Source: Candidatus Tagabacteria bacterium CG09_land_8_20_14_0_10_41_14 (GTDB lineage: Bacteria > Patescibacteriota > Minisyncoccia > JAHISW01 > Tagabacteraceae). From it: 34,861 nt of DNA. Positions 21,440-28,216 of this stretch are shown here, piece by piece; within the stretch, counting starts at the first letter, position 1, and each line of letters begins with the position of its first letter. The DNA lies in contig PEZL01000005.1 of assembly GCA_002774055.1 (NCBI GenBank), positions 1,101 through 35,961 on the forward strand, in the 5' to 3' direction. Made by a program: the position numbers and the translations under genes. Below the pieces are notes generated by a model. The model saw only the letters and a list, made by a program, of their open reading frames with translations. It was not told the DNA's origin and searched no databases.

Positions 21440-22957
21440 ATGATTAGAAAAATTTTAGAAGAAAAGAGCGGTTATAAAGTATGGTGGAACGGGGACGAAA
21501 GAGGAGATTATAGCGCTAATGTTGGCAGCGCGGAGAAAGCGGGGGATGTTAAGAATGGATTAATAAACGATAAGTATATTTCTAAAATAGAAACTGAAAA
21601 AGGTTTTGTTAATTTTTGGCTGTCTGAAAAAGCGCTGGAAGATGGATTGAGGTTTGCCTTGCAAGAAAAATTTGATTTTTTAAAAAAACAAAAAATCCAG
21701 GTTGAGTTTATTTCGGCCAACCCCACCGGGCCTTTGACTTTGGGCAATGCTAGAGGCGGAGTGTATGGCGATGTCTTGGCTAATGTTTTGGAAAAATGCG
21801 GGGCGAAGGTTGTGAAGGAATATTATGTGAATGACGCCGGCAATCAGATAGAGATTTTGGGCCATTCAATTCTAAAAGACGATAAAGCCGAATACGCGGG
21901 AGACTATATTAATGAGTTGGCCCTTCGACTTCGCTCAGGGCAAGCAGGCGGGCCGAAAGATGTTGGAGAAAAAGCCGCTGAAATAATTTTAGATAACATT
22001 AAGAAAACCGCGAAAGATATGGGGATTGATTTTGATGTGTGGTTTTCAGAGAGAAAGGATTTGCGTGAGAAGGGGAGGATAGATGAAATTGTGAAATGGC
22101 TGAAAGAAAAAGATTTGGCACATGAAAAAGGCGGGGCGCTGTGGTTTAAGGCCTCGCAATTCGGCGATACAGAAGACAGAGTTTTGATAAAAGAAAATGG
22201 CGAACCCACATATTTTTGTGCGGACGCGGCTTATCATAAAAATAAATTTGTAGACAGAAAATTTGATAAAGTTATAAATGTTTGGGGCGCGGATCATCAT
22301 GGAGATGTAGGGCGGATAAAAGGATTTGTGGAAGCGCTTGGTTTTTCCGCCCAACTGGAAATAATTTTAATGCAGTTTGTAAGGCTTTTGGAAAACGGCA
22401 AAGCCGCGAGAATGTCTAAAAGGAAAGGCACATATGTTTTGGTAGAAGATGTTTTAAGGGAAGTCGGCAAAGATGCCTTCAGATATTTTATGCTTACGCG
22501 CTCGGCAAACACGCATATGGATTTTGATATGGATTTGGCAAAAGAACAGAGCAAAAAGAATCCGGTCTACTACATTCAGTATTCGCATGCCAGGGTGTGC
22601 TCTATACTGAATAAATTCGAAATCCCTGCCTCGCTGGCAGGCAGGCGAAATCCGAAATCTGAAACAATACCAAATATCAAATTATTAAATTCAAAACACG
22701 AACGACAACTGATTTTGAAACTAATTCAGATTCCGGAGGTATTGGAAGACATTTCAAAAGATTATCAGGCGCATAAGTTAACTACTTATATATATGAGTT
22801 GGCAAAAACTTTCACGGATTTTTATGAGAATGTAAGAGTGCTGGAGGCGGAAAGTGAGGAATTGAAAAGGGCGCGATTGTCTTTGGTGGCTGCCACTAGA
22901 CAAATTTTAGAAAAGGTTTTGAAATTGATGGGTATTTCCGCTCCGGAGAAAATGTAA
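21440..22957 (+). CDS. argS: Arginine--tRNA ligase
   Basis: 505 aa with VEFISANPTGPLTLGNARGGVYGD, YYVNDAGNQIEILG, VWGADHHG, RMSKRKGTYV and the C-terminal DALR anticodon-binding region (YIQYSHARVCSIL...). Confidence 0.9.
   Translation: MIRKILEEKSGYKVWWNGDERGDYSANVGSAEKAGDVKNGLINDKYISKIETEKGFVNFWLSEKALEDGLRFALQEKFDFLKKQKIQVEFISANPTGPLTLGNARGGVYGDVLANVLEKCGAKVVKEYYVNDAGNQIEILGHSILKDDKAEYAGDYINELALRLRSGQAGGPKDVGEKAAEIILDNIKKTAKDMGIDFDVWFSERKDLREKGRIDEIVKWLKEKDLAHEKGGALWFKASQFGDTEDRVLIKENGEPTYFCADAAYHKNKFVDRKFDKVINVWGADHHGDVGRIKGFVEALGFSAQLEIILMQFVRLLENGKAARMSKRKGTYVLVEDVLREVGKDAFRYFMLTRSANTHMDFDMDLAKEQSKKNPVYYIQYSHARVCSILNKFEIPASLAGRRNPKSETIPNIKLLNSKHERQLILKLIQIPEVLEDISKDYQAHKLTTYIYELAKTFTDFYENVRVLEAESEELKRARLSLVAATRQILEKVLKLMGISAPEKM
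22625..22641. repeat. GC-rich hairpin CCTGCC-TCGCT-GGCAGG inside argS, followed by an A-rich (C/G)AAATC-type repeat
   Basis: Direct reading. It encodes ...IPASLAGRRNPKSETIPN... The arm sequence matches the palindrome at 2545..2564. Confidence 0.8.
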
Positions 22958-22992
22958 AAATTTACGTCTTGCGGTTACGTAAAAATGCTAAA

Positions 22993-23274
22993 TTACTTTC
23001 TGTGTTTCATTGTTTGGTAAACAACAGAACGATTTTGAATTACGAAAATTTTTACTTTTTTTGTTTCAATTCTGAAAATTATCCGATAATTACCCACTCT
23101 TAACTTTCGGTATCCCTTGAGAGATTGCCGTAACGGCTTGCCAAATATTTCAGGATGGCTGACAAGTTTATCTTCAATTGCCTTTTTAATTTTCTTTTTC
23201 CAAACCAAAGACAAATCCGGAATGTCTTCCTTGATTACCTTGTCGTGATAATGGATAGTAAATTTTACTTCCAC
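22993..23274 (-). CDS. Type II toxin, RelE/ParE family
   Basis: 93 aa. LKGYRKLRVGNYRIIFRIETKKVKIFVIQNRSVVY is the RelE/ParE core. Overlaps the upstream antitoxin ORF by 10 nt. Confidence 0.75.
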   Translation of the reverse strand: MEVKFTIHYHDKVIKEDIPDLSLVWKKKIKKAIEDKLVSHPEIFGKPLRQSLKGYRKLRVGNYRIIFRIETKKVKIFVIQNRSVVYQTMKHRK

Positions 23275-23486
23275 GCTTTTTTATGAGGAATAAATTTTGC
23301 TTTCTTGTTGTCTCTTGTGGCGGCAATTTTGTCCCAAATTATTTCTTCTTCGGTTTCAAGGGCGATTTGTAAAAGCTGGCTGGCTTTAGTTGCTTTGGCC
23401 ATTTTGTCTCTTTGGGCTGATCGCCTAACCGCAGATTCAACTTCGGGCAAAAGGGTAATGTTTAATCTTTTTTTGGTTGTAGCCAT
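23265..23486 (-). CDS. Antitoxin (RelB/DinJ or RHH-like)
   Basis: 73 aa. KKRLNITLLPEVESAVRRSAQRD has a beta-strand/helix pattern typical of RHH antitoxins. Located directly upstream of, and overlapping, the toxin ORF. Confidence 0.6.
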   Translation of the reverse strand: MATTKKRLNITLLPEVESAVRRSAQRDKMAKATKASQLLQIALETEEEIIWDKIAATRDNKKAKFIPHKKAWK

Positions 23487-23527
23487 GATAATTTAAGTGT
23501 ATCAAAAGTGTATCACTTGTGTCAAGA

Positions 23528-23577
23528 GGAAAAGAGTGTTTGAAATAATGGGTATTTCTGCGCCTGAAAAAATGTAG
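23528..23577 (+). repeat. Degenerate duplicate of the argS 3' end (remnant)
   Basis: 23548..23577 (ATGGGTATTTCTGCGCCTGAAAAAATGTAG) matches 22928..22957 (ATGGGTATTTCCGCTCCGGAGAAAATGTAA) at 25 of 30 positions. Both read MGISAPEKM*. Weaker similarity with indels extends about 20 nt upstream. Confidence 0.8.
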
Positions 23578-23631
23578 AAAATGTGGGGAAAAGGAGGTTT
23601 TTTGTTTGACTTTTTTGAGAGCTTTTGCTAC

Positions 23632-23650
23632 TGTAATAATATGTATTACA
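23632..23650. promoter_or_regulatory. Inverted repeat TGTAATA-N5-TATTACA, a candidate antitoxin operator
   Basis: Lies 9 nt upstream of the RHH antitoxin ATG, in an AT-rich -10-like region. Confidence 0.35.
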
Positions 23651-23658
23651 ATTAATTT

Positions 23659-23883
23659 ATGTTTAACATGAGAAGTGTTGTAAATATATCATTGCCCAAA
23701 AATATGCTTAAAGAAGTTGAAAAAGAGGTAAAAGCCGGGAATTATGCTAGCAAGAGTGAGTTTTTCCGCCATGTTATGCGTTGGTGGAATACTAACAAGT
23801 TAGCCGAGGAATTAAAAGAAGAACGAGAGAAGTTTGAACAAGGGGACTTTAAGGTTTTACGCTCGTTGCGCGATCTAAGATAA
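23659..23883 (+). CDS. Ribbon-helix-helix (CopG/ParD-like) antitoxin
   Basis: 74 aa. VVNISLPKNMLKEVEKEVKAGNYASKSEFFRHVMRWW is a classic RHH pattern. Confidence 0.7.
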   Translation: MFNMRSVVNISLPKNMLKEVEKEVKAGNYASKSEFFRHVMRWWNTNKLAEELKEEREKFEQGDFKVLRSLRDLR

Positions 23884-23888
23884 TTTTT

Positions 23889-24146
23889 ATGAAAATTTTT
23901 TATCGCTCAAGATTTAAGCGAGAGTTTAAAAAATTGCCAAAGAAAATTCAAGACTTAGCTGAAGAAAAGATTGAGATTTTCAGAAAAAATCCTTTTGATT
24001 CTCGTTTGGATACTCATAAATTACATGGCCTGCTTAAAACTTTCTGGGCCTTTTCTGTAGATTATAAAAACAGAATTATTTTTGATTTTTGCGATAAGTA
24101 TACCATAAGATTTTATTCCATCGGTGACCATGATATTTATTGGTAG
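23889..24146 (+). CDS. Type II toxin, RelE/YafQ-like mRNA interferase family
   Basis: 85 aa. FKREFKKLPKKIQDLAEEKIEIFRKNPFDSRLDTHKLHG...WAFSVDYKNRIIFDF...IRFYSIGDHDIY matches the RelE/YafQ pattern. Starts 5 nt after the antitoxin stop. Confidence 0.7.
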   Translation: MKIFYRSRFKREFKKLPKKIQDLAEEKIEIFRKNPFDSRLDTHKLHGLLKTFWAFSVDYKNRIIFDFCDKYTIRFYSIGDHDIYW

Positions 24147-24158
24147 TTCTGTTTTAAT

Positions 24159-24184
24159 TCGGCCGTTGAAAAACGGCCGATTTC
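24159..24184 (+). terminator. Hairpin terminator after the TA pair
   Basis: TCGGCCGTT-GAAA-AACGGCCGA: a 9-bp stem with a GNRA-type loop, followed by only a short TTT tract. Confidence 0.5.
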
Positions 24185-24252
24185 TATTCTATCTAAAATA
24201 AACGATCGCTGGAAATAGGAAGAATAGAATTGTTGAGGATTGTTGTTGAATG

Positions 24253-24281
24253 TTGAACAATAAGCGGTTTTTTATTATGAT
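24253..24281 (+). promoter_or_regulatory. Candidate promoter for ileS (TTGAAC-17-TATGAT), ending 6 nt before the ATG
   Basis: -35 at 24253..24258, -10 at 24276..24281, ATG at 24288. Confidence 0.45.
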
Positions 24282-24287
24282 AAAGTC

Positions 24288-27200
24288 ATGGATTTTTCTA
24301 AAAATGAGGAAAAAATTTTAAAATTTTGGAAAGATAACGGTATTTTTAAAAAATCTCTTGACAAGGAAGCTCCACGGGGAGATTTTGTTTTTTACGAAGG
24401 CCCGCCTACGGCCAATGGCCGGCCGGGTATTCATCATGTTGAGGCGCGCGCCTTTAAGGACTTAATTCCGCGTTTTAAAACAATGCGGGGGTTTAGGGTT
24501 TTAAGAAAAGCCGGCTGGGACACCCATGGTTTGCCGGTGGAGATAGAGGTGGAAAAGAAACTCGGTTTTAAAGGAAAAAAAGATATTGAAGAGTATGGAA
24601 TAGAGGATTTTAATAAGAAATGCAGAGATAGCGTGTGGGAATATAAAGAAGATTGGGAAAAAATGACTGAGCGTATTGGTTTTTGGATTGATATGGAGAA
24701 TCCTTACATTACTTACAGCACTGATTATATTGAAACACTTTGGTGGATTATAAAAACTGCGCATGAAAAAAAGTTTTTATACAAGGGTTATAAGGTGGTG
24801 CCTCATTGTCCGCGTTGCGGCACCGCGATTTCTTCACACGAGGTGGCTCAAGGCTACAAAACTATTACCGAGGATTCGGTAATAGTTAAATTCCAAATTA
24901 CAAATTCTCCCGCTACGCAGGAACTTGCGAAGCAAGACAAATCACAAATTCCAACTTATATTTTGGTTTGGACCACTACGCCTTGGACTTTGCCGGGCAA
25001 TGTAGCATTGGCAGTTGGTGAAAAACTTGATTATGTAAAGATTAAACAAGGCGAGGAATTTTTTTATATTGCTAAAAATTTATTAAACAAAATTAAGGGG
25101 GAATATAAAATTGTTGAAGAAATTAAAGGTAAAAAGCTTGTTGGTTTGGAATACGAGCCGCTTTTTCCGGAAGCCGTTAAAAAGACTGATGAAAATTTCA
25201 AAAACGCTTTTAAGGTTTATTCGGCTGATTTTGTTTCTGTTGAAGACGGCACCGGTGTGGTGCATACGGCTGTGATGTACGGCGTTGACGATTATGAGTT
25301 AGGAGAAAAAGTTGGTTTACCAAAAGTCCATACCGTAAATCTAGACGGAACTTTTAATGAAAGGATTTTTAAGTGGCAGGGAAAATTTGTTAAAGCCGTT
25401 GAAAAAGAGATTATAAAAGATTTGGAAGAAAGAAAGTTACTTTATAAAACGGAAAAATATTCCCATGATTATCCTTTTTGTTGGAGGTGCGATACACCTC
25501 TTTTGTATTACGCCAAAGACAGCTGGTATTTTAGGATGAGCGAATTGCGTGATGATTTAATAAAAAATAACAAAAAAATAAACTGGATTCCGGAATACAT
25601 TAAAGATGGCCGATTTGGAGAGTGGCTCCGCGACGTGAAAGATTGGGCTATTTCGCGGGAGCGTTATTGGGGAACGCCGCTGCCGGTTTGGCAATGCGAT
25701 AAATGCAATGAGGAAAAAGTAATTGGTTCTGTTGAAGAAATAAGAAAAGAATTAGGCGGAATAAATAAATTATTTTTAATAAGGCACGCGGAGGCGGAAA
25801 ATAACATGGAAGGTATTAACAACTCACTTCCTGAAACAAAAAAATATCCGCTTACAAAAGAAGGAGAAAAGCAGGCGGAGAAAGTGGCCGGGGTTTTGAA
25901 AGAAGCAAAAGTTGATTTTATTTTTAGTTCACCTCTTTTGCGCGCAAGGCAGACTGCCGAAGCGATATCTGAAAAGATTGGTATTGAGATAAAATTTGAC
26001 GACAGGTTGAGAGAAATTGATTTGGGAGAGTTGAATAATCATCCGCACGCCGAATTACAGGAATTTTATCCCACCCAGGAATCGCGCGCGAAAAATACTG
26101 GGCATGGTGTTGAAAGCGGGGTTGATGTCAGGAAAAGAACGGAAGATTTTTTGGAGGAGATAAACGAAAAATATAAAAATAAAAATATCGTTATTGTTTC
26201 CCACGGCGATCCTCTTCAGATTTTATACGGCGCGGCGCAAGGAATTGATTTGTTTGATTCGCTTAAGGGCTGGTATCCGTTAAAAGGTTCTTTAAAACAA
26301 GTTTATTCAAAGCCGCTTGATTTACATCGGCCTTATATTGATGAAGTGGTTTTGGATTGTAAATGCGGCGGGAAAATGAAAAGAGTGCCGGAAGTGGCGG
26401 ATTGTTGGTTTGATTCCGGCTCTATGCCGTTCGCGCAGTTTCATTATCCTTTTGAAAATAAAAAATTAATTGACGAAGAAAAATTATTTCCGGCCGATTT
26501 TATTTCCGAGGCCGTTGATCAAACTCGAGGTTGGTTTTACACTCTTTTGTCCGTGTCTACTTTGCTCGGCAGGGGGCCGTCGTTTAAAAATGTGATTTGT
26601 TTGGGGCATGTTTTGGATAAAAATGGGCAGAAAATGAGCAAGAGCCGTGGTAATGTCGTAGATCCGATGGAAATGATTAAAAAGTACGGGGCTGATACGG
26701 TGCGCTGGTATATGTATATTATAAATCAGCCGGGTGACCCCAAGCGCTTTGATGAAAAAGATTTAAAAGAGGCCAGAAAAATTTTTGTGACCCTGGCTAA
26801 TGTTTTGGTTTTTTATAAAATGTTTACCCCGTTAGAAGTAGTTTCGCGGAGCGAAACGCAAGTTCTAACGGGGTTTGCCCTAGACAATGTTTTAGATAAA
26901 TGGATTTTGGCTAATTTAAATTTGTTAATTAAAGAAATAACGGAAGGTTTAGAGAAATACGATGTTACCACGAGCGCTAGAAAAATTGGAGCTTTCATTT
27001 TAGATTTATCGCAGTGGTATCTGAGGAGGTCTAGGGAAAGATTCAAGGGAGATGACGGCGGGGCGCGAAAAACTTTGCGTAAGGTTTTGGTTGATTTAAG
27101 CAAGCTAATGGCGCCCTTCGCGCCGTTTATTGCCGAACATATTTATCAAGAATTAGGCGGGAGAGAACAATCGGTTCATTTGGAGCGTTGGCCGGAAGTT

Positions 27201-27686
27201 AGAAAAGAATTCATTGATGAAAAAATTTTGGAAGATATGAAAAAAGCAAGGCAGGATGTGTCGGTTGGTTTGGATTTAAGATTAAAAGCCGGCATCAATG
27301 TCCGCCAGCCGCTTGTTTTTTTTGAAACGCCGAATAAGTTTGGCGGAGATTTGCTGGAAGTGATAAAAGACGAACTCAATGTGAAAGAAGTAAAGGCGGG
27401 GAAGGAATACAAACTTGCCACTGATTTGACTCCCGAATTAGTTCAGGAGGGGCAGGCGCGCGAATTAATCCGCACCATTCAGGATTTGCGAAAGAGAAAA
27501 GGATTGGTACCAAAGGATGAAATTGATTTGTCGGTTGAAACAGATGAAGAGGGTGAAAAATTCATCAAAAAAGTTGAAAGCGAGCTCAAAAAAGCCGCCA
27601 ATATAAAATCCATAAAATTTTCAGAAAATAACGGAGAAGAAATTAAAATTAACGAATTGCTTTTGAAATTGAAAATTGATAATTGA
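24288..27686 (+). CDS. ileS: Isoleucine--tRNA ligase with an embedded histidine-phosphatase (PGAM-like) domain
   Basis: 1132 aa with the HIGH region PPTANGRPGIHHVEAR, the CP1 editing region (TTTPWTLPGN, GTGVVHTA), KMSKS (QKMSKSRGN) and the anticodon-binding region. About 185 extra residues (nt ~25761..26312) carry the motifs RHAEAENN / SSPLLRARQTAE / SHGD. Confidence 0.93.
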   Translation: MDFSKNEEKILKFWKDNGIFKKSLDKEAPRGDFVFYEGPPTANGRPGIHHVEARAFKDLIPRFKTMRGFRVLRKAGWDTHGLPVEIEVEKKLGFKGKKDIEEYGIEDFNKKCRDSVWEYKEDWEKMTERIGFWIDMENPYITYSTDYIETLWWIIKTAHEKKFLYKGYKVVPHCPRCGTAISSHEVAQGYKTITEDSVIVKFQITNSPATQELAKQDKSQIPTYILVWTTTPWTLPGNVALAVGEKLDYVKIKQGEEFFYIAKNLLNKIKGEYKIVEEIKGKKLVGLEYEPLFPEAVKKTDENFKNAFKVYSADFVSVEDGTGVVHTAVMYGVDDYELGEKVGLPKVHTVNLDGTFNERIFKWQGKFVKAVEKEIIKDLEERKLLYKTEKYSHDYPFCWRCDTPLLYYAKDSWYFRMSELRDDLIKNNKKINWIPEYIKDGRFGEWLRDVKDWAISRERYWGTPLPVWQCDKCNEEKVIGSVEEIRKELGGINKLFLIRHAEAENNMEGINNSLPETKKYPLTKEGEKQAEKVAGVLKEAKVDFIFSSPLLRARQTAEAISEKIGIEIKFDDRLREIDLGELNNHPHAELQEFYPTQESRAKNTGHGVESGVDVRKRTEDFLEEINEKYKNKNIVIVSHGDPLQILYGAAQGIDLFDSLKGWYPLKGSLKQVYSKPLDLHRPYIDEVVLDCKCGGKMKRVPEVADCWFDSGSMPFAQFHYPFENKKLIDEEKLFPADFISEAVDQTRGWFYTLLSVSTLLGRGPSFKNVICLGHVLDKNGQKMSKSRGNVVDPMEMIKKYGADTVRWYMYIINQPGDPKRFDEKDLKEARKIFVTLANVLVFYKMFTPLEVVSRSETQVLTGFALDNVLDKWILANLNLLIKEITEGLEKYDVTTSARKIGAFILDLSQWYLRRSRERFKGDDGGARKTLRKVLVDLSKLMAPFAPFIAEHIYQELGGREQSVHLERWPEVRKEFIDEKILEDMKKARQDVSVGLDLRLKAGINVRQPLVFFETPNKFGGDLLEVIKDELNVKEVKAGKEYKLATDLTPELVQEGQARELIRTIQDLRKRKGLVPKDEIDLSVETDEEGEKFIKKVESELKKAANIKSIKFSENNGEEIKINELLLKLKIDN
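26827..26873. repeat. 47-nt nested hairpin inside the ileS coding sequence
   Basis: CCCCGTTAGAA-gta-GTTTCGC-gga-GCGAAAC-gcaag-TTCTAACGGGG: outer 11-bp and inner 7-bp perfect stems, encoding ...PLEVVSRSETQVLTG... Confidence 0.9.
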
Positions 27687-27703
27687 GCATTGAAAATTGT
27701 TGT

Positions 27704-28207
27704 ATGTCTTATCGTGTCTACACAACCGAAGCTGTTATTTTGAAAAAAGCCGATATTGGCGAGGCGGATAAACTTTTTTCTTTTTTCACTAAAGATTTCG
27801 GCCGTCTTGAGATTAAGGCGCAAGGCGCGCGGTATCTTAAATCTAAATTAAGGTATCATTTATCAGGGCGGGCTATTTTGAAAATTTCTTTTGTCGGAAG
27901 CAACGGTGAATATTGGCGTTTGGTTGGCTGTAATGAGCAGATTGTTTTTGATAATATCAAGAATGATTTTTTAAAGACAAAATCCACGGAGAGGGTTTTG
28001 TCTTTTGTCGAAAGATTAATTCAGGGTCAGCAAAAAGATGAAAAATTATGGAACGCTCTGGTTGAGTCTTTTGTCCTTATTAATACAAGGAGTTTTGCCT
28101 GTTTTGACCTTAAAAAATTTGAACAAGAGATGTTCGCGAAATTTTTAGCTGAGCTTGGTTATGGCGGCGCAGACATAGAGAGTGCTCTTGAGAAAAGTAT
28201 GTTATAA
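27704..28207 (+). CDS. recO: DNA repair protein RecO (short form)
   Basis: The track ORF starts at TTG 27683, overlapping the ileS stop. The ATG at 27704 gives MSYRVYTTEAVILKKADIGEADKLFSFFTKDFGRLEIKAQGARYLKSKLRYHL, the RecO N-terminal OB-fold pattern. Confidence 0.75.
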   Translation: MSYRVYTTEAVILKKADIGEADKLFSFFTKDFGRLEIKAQGARYLKSKLRYHLSGRAILKISFVGSNGEYWRLVGCNEQIVFDNIKNDFLKTKSTERVLSFVERLIQGQQKDEKLWNALVESFVLINTRSFACFDLKKFEQEMFAKFLAELGYGGADIESALEKSML

Positions 28208-28216
28208 TATGTAATC

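Noticed and set aside
22958-22992. AT-rich hairpin TTTACGT-N9-ACGTAAA between the convergent argS and the toxin gene, as a terminator
   Set aside because: The 7-bp A/T-rich stem has a 9-nt loop and no clear U tract. It is too weak to call.
24147-24287. T-box or riboswitch-type leaders upstream of the aaRS genes (ileS, argS, metG, glyQS)
   Set aside because: The upstream non-coding stretches are too short, or promoter-like hexamers sit within 10 nt of the ATG. No specifier-loop or T-box consensus was visible. The 9-bp inverted repeat at 24182..24190 / 24221..24229 is noted but has no recognisable motif.
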